64,000 bases of DNA from Bryobacterales bacterium (GCA_025463005.1 JAOAPR010000248.1:2705-66704), one strand, 5' to 3'. Shown: positions 1-9,732, counted from the first letter of the stretch. Numbers and translations: made by a program. Notes: generated by a model not told the origin, from the sequence alone.

Positions 1-478
<478 letters not shown>

Positions 479-517
479 TTAGGTATTTTTCGGATCGATT
501 TGTAAGGGGTTTTTACC

Positions 518-547
518 TTGACAATTCAAGCTCCAGCACGTTACCAT
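518..547 (+). promoter_or_regulatory. Candidate sigma70-like promoter for the receptor gene at 672
   Basis: TTGACA (518-523), 18-nt spacer, TACCAT (542-547). Identified by eye only. Confidence 0.3.
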
Positions 548-671
548 CATGGCAAGTTTTGGAAAATTTTGCGTGCTGAGTTGCGCTCGCACACCCAACC
601 GCAAAAGAGGTTTTTAGGGGCAGAGGGTCTTGAGGTCGTTAATCATTAAGTAGTTCGTGAAAGGGATAGCT

Positions 672-3600
672 ATGCGTTCTTTTACAGTTTTTGTGTGTCT
701 GCTATTGGCAGTGTCTATAGGCTTCGGCCAGGGCGACCGCGGCACAGTGACGGGCACTGTAGCCGATCCGACTGGCGCGGCCATCGCCAACGCCCCGATC
801 GAGGCTAAGAACAAAGATACCGGAGCCGTTTACCCGACCGTGAGCACGTCCACCGGCAACTATACGTTGAGTCAATTGCCAGCGGGTAACTACGAGCTGA
901 CGGCGTCAGCTCCGGGCTTCAAGAAATTCGTCCATGAATCCGTCATCGTCCAAGTCGCGCAGGTTGTGCGTGTGGATATCGGCCTGCAATTGGGCCAAAC
1001 ATCGGACACGGTTACGGTGAGCGCCGAATCAACGCTCCTGAAAACGGAAAGCGGCGAGATGAGCCACAACGTAACCTCAGAGCGGCTTGATAACCTTCCG
1101 ATTCTTGGAATCGGCGGCGCGGCGGCAGGAAGCGCCGGTATCCGTAATCCGCTGGCCGCTACAATTCTTATCCCAGGCGTCATCTGGCAGGCGAATGCCA
1201 ACGTGAAAGTGAATGGGGCTCCGAGCAACACCGAAGTGATGCGCCTGGATGGTCAGGACGCAACCAACGGCTATTCCATCTACACTCCGATGATGACGCA
1301 GCCCAGCGTCGACTCACTCGCGGAGATTTCCATCCAGACCAGCAACTTCGCGGCAGAATACGGAACCGTCGGTGGCGGCTTGTACAACATGACCACCAAG
1401 TCGGGTTCGAATCAATTTCACGGCAGCGGCTACGATTATTTCGTCAACGAAGCGTTCAATGCCGCGCAGCCGTTTACGTCCGTGAACGGGCAGCCCAACG
1501 TCCGGGCTCGTGCTCGCCGCAATGATTATGGATTCACCTTCGGCGGCCCCGTCTGGATTCCCAAAATCTACAACGGTCACGACAAGACTTTTTTCTTTGT
1601 GAATTGGGAACAGTTCCGGGAAACTCAGCGCGCAATCTCGCCCCAGACCACCGTTCCAACCGCTGCGTTTCGCAACGGCGATTTCAGCTCGATTCTTGGA
1701 ATTCAGCGCGGCGTCGACCCACTGGGCCGCCCGATCTATGAGAATCAGATCTTTGATCCGACTACCGAAAGGCCGATCTCAGCGACCGACACCCGCCTTA
1801 TTCGCGATGCATTTCCGGGAAACAAAATTCCGTCGAGCTACTTCGATCCGGTCGCTGTAAAAATTCAGAACCTGATCCCGCTTCCAAATAACGGTGGACT
1901 GACCAACAACTTCATTCCGAACTATCCCAGCCAGCGCGTGACCACGATTCCGGCCGTCAAGGCGGACCATTCGTTCAGCTCCAAAATGAAGCTGGCCTTC
2001 TACTGGTCCAAAACCGGGACGGAAAGCGCTCTTTCGAACCAATATGGTCAGGCGGAAGGCTTCCCCGATCCCATCACTGCTGCTCGCGGAACCTACGTAA
2101 ACTCCCACACCGAGCGTTTGAATCTCGACTACACGCTCGCGCCCACGGTCCTGCTCCACATGGGAGCGGGTTTCCAGCATCTCGATTTTCAAGACCACGC
2201 AAACGTGCTGAACTATGATGCGGCCACCCAACTGGGTCTGAAGGGCGCCACCCTCAATCGCAACTTCCCGACCTTCGCCACCATGGCAACCGGCTTCGGC
2301 GGCATGGCCGCAATGGGACCGATTAACCAGAATCATTCGCGGACCATCCAGCCGACTGGAAACGCCAGCGTAAGTTGGATCCACGGCAACCACTCCTATA
2401 AGTTCGGCGGCGAGTTGCGCGTCGAAGGTGAATTGAACACCAGCTATACCAACACGAACGGTAACTACACCTTCAATGCTGCACAGACCGCACAGCCTTA
2501 TGTCGGAAGCACGACGGTTGGGGGTGGCACCATCGGCTTCCCCTATGCCAGCTTCCTGCTGGGCCGCGTGAACAACGGCAATATCGGCTCTGTATCCGAC
2601 GTGCGCCGCGGCAAGACCCAAACCGGCCTGTTCGCGCAGGATACGTGGAAAATCACGCGCAAGTTCACCTTGGATTATGGGTTGCGTTGGGACTACTCGA
2701 CCTACCTGAAGGAGCAATACGGCCGGTACTCCTCATTCGATCCGCTGCTGCCTAATCCGAGCGCCGGCAACCATCCCGGAGCCTCGATTTTTGAGGGATT
2801 CGGACCCGGGCGATGCAACTGCGACTTCGCCAAAAACTATCCGTTCGCCTTCGGGCCGCGCCTGGGCTTCGCATACCAAATGACTCCGAAAACTGTTCTT
2901 CGCGGAGGATTCGGTATCGTTTATAACGGCACGGGCAACGAGAACATGTTCAGCGTTCTGAACCCGCCCTCCCAAAACCCGTTCCAGGCGAGTAGTTTCG
3001 GCCAGCCCGGGATGCTGCTCAGCACTGGCATTCCCGTTCCCGCCAGCCAGTTGGTATGGCCCAAGTTCGATCCAGGCGTGTATCCGGCGATTAAGGGTGT
3101 GCCCAGCGCTCTGCCGCTGCCGCAGTATGACCAGAACGCGGGCCGCCCCGCTCGTCAATACCAGTGGAGCTTCGGAGTTCAGCGAGAAATCTTCCGGAAC
3201 CTGGTGGTGGAAGCCAGCTACGTGGGCAATCGCGGAGTCTGGTGGAGAGCGGATTCACTCATCAACGTCAATGCTCTGACGCCGCAGATTCTGGCTCAGT
3301 ACGGAATCGATATCAACAATGCGAGTGACCGCACCTTGTTGACGTCGCCCATCAATTCGCCAGCCGCCATTGCCAAGGGACTTAGCTTGCCGTACTCGAA
3401 TTTCCCGCCGTCCACTTTGGTGAATCAGGCGCTGCGGCCTTTCCCGCAGTTCACTACCATCAACCGGACCTTCGCGCCGCTCGGCAAGACCTGGTACGAT
3501 TCGCTGCAAGCCAAGGCGACACAGCGGCTCTCACACGGTCTGGACTTCACCTACGTCTTCACCTGGCAGAAGGAGCTCGTTTTGGGCTCTGACGCCGAGA

Positions 3601-4304
3601 TCGTAGGGCCGGGCAGTGTCGGCACCGGTTCGCAGGTCAATGATGTCTTTAACCGCGACCAGAACAAATACATATCCAGCTTCTCCCGGCCGCTCGTGAG
3701 CGTGCTCGGATTGAACTACACCGTGCCGAGGTGGAGAGGCAACAAGGTGCTGTCCTACATCGGAAGCGATTGGCAGTTCAATACCGCTTTGCAGTACGCC
3801 AGCGGTCTTCCGATCCGCGTACCTAACTCCAATAACAATCTGGCGAACCAACTCTTCCGCGGGACCTTCGCGAATCGTGTTCCCGGTGTTCCGCTGTTCC
3901 TGAAGGATCCGAACTGCGGCTGCATCGACCCGAACAAGGACTTCGTGCTCAATCCTGCTGCCTGGGTGGATCCGCCCGCGGGTCAATTCAGCTCGTCGGC
4001 TGCCTATTACAACGACTATCGGTATCAACGCCGTCCGTCCGAAGATGTGGGTGTGGCCCGCAACTTCAAGTTCGGTGAAGGCGGAAGGTATAACTTCCAG
4101 GTCCGCATGGAAATGCACAACGTCTTAAACCGGACGTACTTGAATAATCCGGTTGCGACCACGTTCAGCGGGCCGCAGACGTTCGTGACGAACACGACCA
4201 CTGGCGTCCAGACGCCCAGCGCGAACGGGTTCGGATACATCAATCCCGGCTCTACCCAAAGCCAGCCGCGCAACGGCGTGCTGGTGGGCCGATTTACGTT
4301 CTAA
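672..4304 (+). CDS. TonB-dependent receptor with N-terminal carboxypeptidase-regulatory-like domain
   Basis: ORF 657..4304, with ATG 672 preferred over GTG 657. Signal peptide MRSFTVFVCLLLAVSIGFGQ. N-terminal GTVTGTVADPTGAAIANAPIEAKN..TGNYTLSQLPAGNYEL matches the CarboxypepD_reg pattern. About 1200 aa, Gly/Asn/Tyr-rich barrel body, C-terminal ..VGRFTF with the terminal Phe typical of outer-membrane beta-barrels. Confidence 0.9.
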   Translation: MRSFTVFVCLLLAVSIGFGQGDRGTVTGTVADPTGAAIANAPIEAKNKDTGAVYPTVSTSTGNYTLSQLPAGNYELTASAPGFKKFVHESVIVQVAQVVRVDIGLQLGQTSDTVTVSAESTLLKTESGEMSHNVTSERLDNLPILGIGGAAAGSAGIRNPLAATILIPGVIWQANANVKVNGAPSNTEVMRLDGQDATNGYSIYTPMMTQPSVDSLAEISIQTSNFAAEYGTVGGGLYNMTTKSGSNQFHGSGYDYFVNEAFNAAQPFTSVNGQPNVRARARRNDYGFTFGGPVWIPKIYNGHDKTFFFVNWEQFRETQRAISPQTTVPTAAFRNGDFSSILGIQRGVDPLGRPIYENQIFDPTTERPISATDTRLIRDAFPGNKIPSSYFDPVAVKIQNLIPLPNNGGLTNNFIPNYPSQRVTTIPAVKADHSFSSKMKLAFYWSKTGTESALSNQYGQAEGFPDPITAARGTYVNSHTERLNLDYTLAPTVLLHMGAGFQHLDFQDHANVLNYDAATQLGLKGATLNRNFPTFATMATGFGGMAAMGPINQNHSRTIQPTGNASVSWIHGNHSYKFGGELRVEGELNTSYTNTNGNYTFNAAQTAQPYVGSTTVGGGTIGFPYASFLLGRVNNGNIGSVSDVRRGKTQTGLFAQDTWKITRKFTLDYGLRWDYSTYLKEQYGRYSSFDPLLPNPSAGNHPGASIFEGFGPGRCNCDFAKNYPFAFGPRLGFAYQMTPKTVLRGGFGIVYNGTGNENMFSVLNPPSQNPFQASSFGQPGMLLSTGIPVPASQLVWPKFDPGVYPAIKGVPSALPLPQYDQNAGRPARQYQWSFGVQREIFRNLVVEASYVGNRGVWWRADSLINVNALTPQILAQYGIDINNASDRTLLTSPINSPAAIAKGLSLPYSNFPPSTLVNQALRPFPQFTTINRTFAPLGKTWYDSLQAKATQRLSHGLDFTYVFTWQKELVLGSDAEIVGPGSVGTGSQVNDVFNRDQNKYISSFSRPLVSVLGLNYTVPRWRGNKVLSYIGSDWQFNTALQYASGLPIRVPNSNNNLANQLFRGTFANRVPGVPLFLKDPNCGCIDPNKDFVLNPAAWVDPPAGQFSSSAAYYNDYRYQRRPSEDVGVARNFKFGEGGRYNFQVRMEMHNVLNRTYLNNPVATTFSGPQTFVTNTTTGVQTPSANGFGYINPGSTQSQPRNGVLVGRFTF

Positions 4305-4330
4305 GTAACACGAGCAAATCGGAGGATAAG

Positions 4331-4370
4331 AGAGGCTCGCGACGCCGCAAGGCCCGCGAGCCTCTTTTTG
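4331..4370 (+). terminator. Rho-independent terminator after the receptor gene
   Basis: agaggctcgcg (4331-4341) pairs with cgcgagcctct (4355-4365) and is followed by a T5 tract, 27 nt after the stop codon. Confidence 0.7.
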
Positions 4371-4503
4371 TGAAGCGCGCAAAACGGAGCGCGGCGCCAT
4401 CGTTTGGAGCCTCATCAATGGCGGGCGCCGCGCCCTTTGCGCTCCGAATTCCTGCGGTACGATGGTTCGGGTGAATTACCCAGAACGTGGAGGACTCAAC
4501 CAA

Positions 4504-6420
4504 ATGGCAAAATCCACCAAACGCTCCGTTGGCCGCCGCGGTTTCCTGAAAGGCGCCGCCGTCGGCGCGGCCGCCCTCGCCGCGAAGCCTCAGCTCAGCC
4601 ATGCTCAAGAAAATGCCCAGCAACCCGCGGCACGCGGAGGCAGCGCCACCGCGCAGACCCCCAGCGGATCGGCCGTCGCCCGCGAAACCGGCGCGGCGCG
4701 CCCGGCAGCCAATTCGCGCGTCATCGAGAATCCCGGCTCCGATTTCATGGTGGACGTCTTCAAGACGCTCAATATCGAGTATCTCGGCGCCAACCCCGGA
4801 TCCACGTTCGAATCGCTCCACGAGTCGCTCATCAATTACGGCGACAACAAAATGCCGGAGTTCCTCACCTGCACGCACGAGGAGTGCGCGGTAGCGATGG
4901 CCCACGGGTACGCCAAGATCGAAGGCAAGCCCATGATGGCCCTGATCCACGGCGATATCGGGCTGCAGCACGCCGGCATGGCAATTTACAACGCCTATTG
5001 CGACCGCGTGCCGATTTACATGGTCGTCGGCAATCATTCCGACGGCGCTGAGCGCAATCCTGGCGTCCAGAGTTATCACAGCGCGCAGGACCTGGGCGCA
5101 CTGGTTCGCGATTACACTAAGTGGGATGATCAGCCCTATTCGCTCGGAGCGTTTGCCGAATCCGCAGTGCGCGCTTACAAAATCGCCATGACCCCGCCGA
5201 TGGGCCCGGTCCTGATCGTGGCGGGAGCCGAGATTCAATCGCATGCCATGGAGCGACCCACGCCGCGGATTCCCAAGCTGGTCATGACCTCTCCTCCGGC
5301 CGGCGATATGGCCGCGGTGAACGAAGCCGCAAAGATGCTGGTGGCGGCCGAGCGTCCCCTGATCATCCCTGAGCGCTATGCCCGCACCCCTAACGGCATC
5401 AAACTTTTGGTCGAGCTGGCGGAGCTTTTGCAAGCGCCGGTCAATAACCGCGAGCGCATGAACTTCCCGAACCGGCATCCTCTATCTGGAAACGGCGGCC
5501 AGGGGTATCAGCCCGACGTCACGCTGGCCCTGGAAGTCCAGGACATCCTGACGGAGGCCCGCACCGCGCGCACGCGCAATGCCAAGGTCATCCAGATTTC
5601 TTCCGTCTCCCTGTCGCACAAGAGCAACATCCAGGATTTCGGCCACTATGCCGACATCGATCTCGACATCGGCGCCGACGCGGAAGCGACGCTCCCCTAT
5701 CTGATCGAAGCCTGCAAGAAGCTGATGACCGCGGACCGCCAGCGCACGCTCAAGGATCGCGGCGCAAAGCTCGCGGAAGCTCATCGCAAGAACCGCGAAG
5801 CGGATGTGGAAGCGCTCTCATGGGGCTGGAACGCGAGCCCGATCAGCGTCGGGCGCATTGCCGCGGAACTGTGGCCGTTGATCAAGAACGAAGACTGGTC
5901 GTTCGTTTCGCCGCAGGGCTTTGTCGGCAACTGGCCCAATCGCATCTGGAACATGGAGAAGCATTATCAGTACATCGGCGGCCAGGGAGCCGGAGGCATG
6001 GGCTACGGGGCTCCTGCTTCGGTTGGAGCGGCGCTGGCCAATCGCAAATATGGGCGCATCTCCATCAACATTCAGACCGACGGCGATTTCAACTACTCTC
6101 CCGGCGTTTTCTGGACCGCCGCGCATCACCGCATCCCGCTGTTGAGCATCATGCACAATAACCGGGGATATCATCAGGAAGTGATGTTCGTCGAACAGAT
6201 GGCGAGCGCCCACAATCGCGGCGCGGAACGGGCGGGCATCGGCACGAAGCTGTGGGATCCGGATATTAACTACGCGTCCATCGCTAAGGGCTATGGCCTC
6301 TATGCCGAAGGTCCAATCACCGATCCCAAGGACCTCGCACCGGCGCTTGCGCGCGGCGTCGAACGGGTCAAAAAGGGCGAGCCCGTACTGATCGACGTGG
6401 TTACTCAGCCGCGCGGCTGA
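4504..6420 (+). CDS. Thiamine-diphosphate-dependent enzyme (ALS/POX superfamily) with twin-arginine signal peptide, paralog 1
   Basis: ORF 4462..6420, with ATG 4504 preferred (MAKSTKRSVGRRGFLKGAAVGAAALAAKPQLSHA|QE is a Tat motif). THEECAVAMAHGYAK carries the cofactor-activating Glu. C-terminal ThDP motif GGQGAGGMGYGAPASVGAALA..IQTDGDFNYSPG..LLSIMHNNRGY. Confidence 0.85.
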   Translation: MAKSTKRSVGRRGFLKGAAVGAAALAAKPQLSHAQENAQQPAARGGSATAQTPSGSAVARETGAARPAANSRVIENPGSDFMVDVFKTLNIEYLGANPGSTFESLHESLINYGDNKMPEFLTCTHEECAVAMAHGYAKIEGKPMMALIHGDIGLQHAGMAIYNAYCDRVPIYMVVGNHSDGAERNPGVQSYHSAQDLGALVRDYTKWDDQPYSLGAFAESAVRAYKIAMTPPMGPVLIVAGAEIQSHAMERPTPRIPKLVMTSPPAGDMAAVNEAAKMLVAAERPLIIPERYARTPNGIKLLVELAELLQAPVNNRERMNFPNRHPLSGNGGQGYQPDVTLALEVQDILTEARTARTRNAKVIQISSVSLSHKSNIQDFGHYADIDLDIGADAEATLPYLIEACKKLMTADRQRTLKDRGAKLAEAHRKNREADVEALSWGWNASPISVGRIAAELWPLIKNEDWSFVSPQGFVGNWPNRIWNMEKHYQYIGGQGAGGMGYGAPASVGAALANRKYGRISINIQTDGDFNYSPGVFWTAAHHRIPLLSIMHNNRGYHQEVMFVEQMASAHNRGAERAGIGTKLWDPDINYASIAKGYGLYAEGPITDPKDLAPALARGVERVKKGEPVLIDVVTQPRG

Positions 6421-6439
6421 GCTTGCTATCCTACAGACG

Positions 6440-6709
6440 ATGGAACTGGAACCGGCGGTCGAAAAGCGTTTCCGTCGCATCGAAGCGATCCTGCTTGAGA
6501 CTGCGGAGGGACATCGGCAGGCAAAGTTGCGCATGGATGATTTCGACAAGAAGCTCCAGGCCACCCGCAAGCTCGTCGAAGATGGCACTAAATTCGTCTC
6601 CCGCCTTTCCGTCGAAAATCGCCAACTGAGCCGCGAGGTTCGCGAAGTCAGCCAGATCCAGAAGGCTATGCTGCGCTCCAACACCAACGGCAAGAACGGC
6701 CATAGCTAG
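6440..6709 (+). CDS. Small hypothetical coiled-coil-like protein (89 aa) between the two ThDP-enzyme paralogs
   Basis: ORF with GC3-rich codon usage like its neighbours. Charged heptad-like sequence (EKRFRRIEAILLETAEGHRQAKLRMDDFDKKLQATRKLVEDG..). No clear Shine-Dalgarno sequence and no recognisable family. Confidence 0.45.
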   Translation: MELEPAVEKRFRRIEAILLETAEGHRQAKLRMDDFDKKLQATRKLVEDGTKFVSRLSVENRQLSREVREVSQIQKAMLRSNTNGKNGHS

Positions 6710-6809
6710 TCCCCGCCTCGCCCCTGACGACCCCGATTCTTTGGTCCGTATGGTGTAGAATCGATACCGGCCTGTTTTCATGGGCTGAACCGATTCAGGA
6801 GACTTCCCC

Positions 6810-8708
6810 ATGGCGAAACTCAAGAACACTTCCGTCGGTCGTCGAGGATTTTTGAAGGGGGCAGCGGCTGGAGCGGCCGTCAGCGCGGCAACGCTGGTTA
6901 CTCCCCAGCTCACTGAAGCGCAACAGCAGGGGGCAGGCCGCGGCGGACGTGGCGGCGGTCAGGGCGGCGCACCCCAACCCGACGGCTCCGCGATCGCTCG
7001 CGAAGACGGAACGGCCCGGCCCGCACCAGTCTCCCGCATCGTCGAGAACCCCGGCTCCGACTACATGTGCGACGTCATAAAGGCGCTCGGCATCGAGTAC
7101 GTCTCCTTCAATCCCGGATCGAGTTTCGAAGGTCTGCACGAATCGCTCATCAACTACACCAAGAACAATCCGGAAATCATCACCTGCACGCACGAGGAAA
7201 ATGCCGTTGCAATGGCGCACGGCTACGCCAAAGCCTGCGGGAAGCCGATGCTCGCCCTGTTGCACGGAACTATCGGCGTGCAACACGCCGCGATGGCGAT
7301 CTACAACGCTTATGGCGACCGGGTGCCGATCGTGATGATTGCCGGGGTCGGCGATACGGCCGTTCCCGCCCATACCGCCGTCGACCTTGGGGCTATGGTG
7401 CGCGATTTCGTGAAATGGGATCACCAGCCGGATACGCTGACCGGTGTCGGCCAGGCGTTGATCCGCGCGTACAAACTGGCGATGACGCCGCCTATGGCGC
7501 CCGTACTGGTCACGGTACAAGCCGAGCTGCAGATGGGTGCGATGCCGGCGAACCGTCCGCAAGTTCCCAAATTCACCATGCCCTCAGCGCCCAGCGCCGA
7601 TCTGGCATCGGTGCGGCAGATCGCCAAAGATCTGGTGAACGCGACCAATCCGCGCATTGCCGCGGGACGCGTTCGCACGCAGGAGGGAATGGACCAGTTG
7701 GTGCAACTGGCCGATCTGCTGCAATGCCCTGTTGCCGGCGGTGGCGACCGGATGACCTTCCCGAATCGCCACCCTATGGCCGGCAACGGCGCGGGCGGAG
7801 CTGCTGACGTTATATTGAGTCTCGAAGCGGGTGGCGGCGGGGGCGGCGGACGAGGCGGCGCTGCAGGAGGGAAGACTATCGTCATCAGCACCGCGGAATT
7901 GCTTGCCACGCACAACTACAACATCAACGGCAACGGCGTGAACGGCGATGTCTACATCGCAGCCGATCCGGAAGCGACTCTTCCGGCGCTGATCGAGGAA
8001 GTGCAGAAGCTCATGACTCCCGATAAGAAACGATTGTTCGAGGATCGTGGCAAGAAGCATGCCGAAGCAAACCGCGCCGCGCGCGCCACAGCCGCGGAAG
8101 CAGCATCGGTGGGCTGGAACGCCAGCCCGGTCAGCCTGGCGCGCATCGCGGCCGAACTGTGGCCGCTGATCAAGAACGAGGACTGGTCCTACGTTTCCCC
8201 GCAAAATTTCGCCGGTAACTGGGCTAACCGCTTGTGGGACATGAAGAAGATTTACCACTATCTGGGAGGGCAGGGCGCGGGCGGCATGGGTTATGGCGCT
8301 CCGGCATCGGTAGGGGCGGCGCTGGCCAACAGAAAGAATGGCCGCATCTCTATCAACATCCAGACTGACGGCGACATGAATTACTCGCCGGGCATTCTGT
8401 GGACCGCCGCGCATCACCGCATCCCGCTGCTGAGCATCATGCACAACAACCGGGGGTATCACCAGGAAGTGATGTTTATCGCGCGCGCGGCCAGCATCCG
8501 CAACCGCGGCCAGGAGAATTCGCACATCGGCACGCGCCTGATCGATCCCAACATCGACTACGCCATGATGGCCAAAGCTTACGGGATGTATAGTGAAGGA
8601 CCCATTACCGATCCCAAGGATCTGGCGCCGGCATTTAAGCGCGGCATCGAGCGGGTCAAGAAAGGCGAGCCCGTGATGATTGATGTTGTCACGCAGCCTC
8701 GCGGCTAA
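6810..8708 (+). CDS. Thiamine-diphosphate-dependent enzyme with twin-arginine signal peptide, paralog 2
   Basis: MAKLKNTSVGRRGFLKGAAAGAAVSAATLVTPQLTEA|QQ is a Tat motif. THEENAVAMAHGYAK and IQTDGDMNYSPG..LLSIMHNNRGY are present. Collinear with 4504-6420 apart from Gly/Arg-rich insertions. Confidence 0.85.
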   Translation: MAKLKNTSVGRRGFLKGAAAGAAVSAATLVTPQLTEAQQQGAGRGGRGGGQGGAPQPDGSAIAREDGTARPAPVSRIVENPGSDYMCDVIKALGIEYVSFNPGSSFEGLHESLINYTKNNPEIITCTHEENAVAMAHGYAKACGKPMLALLHGTIGVQHAAMAIYNAYGDRVPIVMIAGVGDTAVPAHTAVDLGAMVRDFVKWDHQPDTLTGVGQALIRAYKLAMTPPMAPVLVTVQAELQMGAMPANRPQVPKFTMPSAPSADLASVRQIAKDLVNATNPRIAAGRVRTQEGMDQLVQLADLLQCPVAGGGDRMTFPNRHPMAGNGAGGAADVILSLEAGGGGGGGRGGAAGGKTIVISTAELLATHNYNINGNGVNGDVYIAADPEATLPALIEEVQKLMTPDKKRLFEDRGKKHAEANRAARATAAEAASVGWNASPVSLARIAAELWPLIKNEDWSYVSPQNFAGNWANRLWDMKKIYHYLGGQGAGGMGYGAPASVGAALANRKNGRISINIQTDGDMNYSPGILWTAAHHRIPLLSIMHNNRGYHQEVMFIARAASIRNRGQENSHIGTRLIDPNIDYAMMAKAYGMYSEGPITDPKDLAPAFKRGIERVKKGEPVMIDVVTQPRG

Positions 8709-8715
8709 GGAGATT

Positions 8716-9087
8716 ATGAAGAAGCTCGTATTCGGAATTCTTGCGCCAGCCTCCGCCTTGGGCTTGCTGGCGGTTTCCGCTCTTGCACAGCAGGGTGATG
8801 CCGGCCGTGGAAAGAAGATGTTCGTCGACTACAGTTGCTACGCCTGCCACGGCTTTTCGGGTCAGAACGGCCCCGGAAGGCGGCTGGTACCGATGAAAAT
8901 GGCGAACGTCGCCTTCACAGCCTACGTCCGCAGCCCTGGCACCAACCAGATGCCGTCGTATTCGGCGAAGGTTCTTACGGATGCGCAATTGGCGGACATT
9001 TGGGCCTACATAAAGACCCTGCCGGATTCACCCGAAGCCAAGGATATCCCGCTGGTCCAGCAACTCAAGGCTGAAGCCGGAAAATAA
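8716..9087 (+). CDS. Mono-haem c-type cytochrome (class I-like), secreted
   Basis: ATG 8716 is preceded by AAGGAG and lies 7 nt after the stop of the upstream ThDP enzyme. Signal peptide MKKLVFGILAPASALGLLAVSALA. Single CYACH haem motif and a downstream ..NQMPSY.. Met ligand candidate. Confidence 0.85.
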   Translation: MKKLVFGILAPASALGLLAVSALAQQGDAGRGKKMFVDYSCYACHGFSGQNGPGRRLVPMKMANVAFTAYVRSPGTNQMPSYSAKVLTDAQLADIWAYIKTLPDSPEAKDIPLVQQLKAEAGK

Positions 9088-9099
9088 CTCTGCGACGTG

Positions 9100-9711
9100 T
9101 TAGCGAAACCAGCCGAGCATCGCCCGCGCGGTCTGCACGCTCCAGGCCGAAAGCGTGATCCCGACCTCGGTATACGCCATTAACACGATCAGCAGCAGGA
9201 ATCCGTAGCGGGCCAGCGCCGTGTAGACCTGCACCGGGACCCTCGCCGCCAGCAGCAACTTCGACCCGTCCAGCGGCGGTACCGGGATCATGTTGAACAG
9301 CGCCAGGTATAAACTCAGCCGCACTCCTTGAGCCGCGAAGTTGGCCACGGCCAGATTCGCGTGGGCGGTAGCCGCCGCTACGGCCGCCAGGACGACCGCG
9401 AACACCACATTGCTCGCCGGACCCGCCAGCGCGACCAGCGCCAAGCCGTTCAAGCCATAACGGAGCTTCGAGGGATTCGTATTGACGGGCTTGCCCCATC
9501 CCAGGAACCCCGCGCCGGCCAGCGACGTTACCGCCGGAAGCAGAACCGTACCGATCCAGTCCACGTGCGCCAGAGGGTTAAGCGTGACTCGGCCCTCACG
9601 CAGCGGCGTATCGTCACCCAACTTTGTTGCGACCCAGGCATGCGCGAATTCGTGTGGGGTCGTCAGCAGCCACAATAACGCCACATTGATGAGGGCTCCT
9701 TGCAGATCCAT
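9100..9711 (-). CDS. Site-2 protease family (peptidase M50) membrane metalloprotease
   Basis: HEFAHAW (HExxH) sits in the first TM segment. NMIPVPPLDGSKLL matches the NxxPxxxLDG motif. Multiple hydrophobic helices. Confidence 0.85.
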   Translation of the reverse strand: MDLQGALINVALLWLLTTPHEFAHAWVATKLGDDTPLREGRVTLNPLAHVDWIGTVLLPAVTSLAGAGFLGWGKPVNTNPSKLRYGLNGLALVALAGPASNVVFAVVLAAVAAATAHANLAVANFAAQGVRLSLYLALFNMIPVPPLDGSKLLLAARVPVQVYTALARYGFLLLIVLMAYTEVGITLSAWSVQTARAMLGWFR

Positions 9712-9732
9712 GGATGGGCTAGGGAGAGATGC

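Noticed and set aside
551-671. Possible riboswitch (TPP or cobalamin) in the ~118-nt 5' UTR of the first receptor gene; GCGUGCUGAGU..ACCC caught my eye.
   Set aside because: Only a CUGAG-like fragment is present. There is no CCUGAUC..GCGUAGGGA half and no B12-box-like element that I could find. A covariance-model scan would settle the question.
1779-2717. 312-aa minus-strand ORF inside the first receptor gene.
   Set aside because: It is a shadow ORF with no motifs, and it lies antisense to a full-length receptor with a signal peptide and a terminal Phe.
4294-5478. 394-aa ORF on the minus strand, antisense to the first ThDP enzyme.
   Set aside because: Its Arg/Gly/Ala-rich composition is typical of shadow ORFs in GC-rich DNA. 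The plus-strand frame has unambiguous ThDP-enzyme motifs. The same reasoning applies to 5818-6693, 6795-7562 and 7584-8525 on the minus strand.
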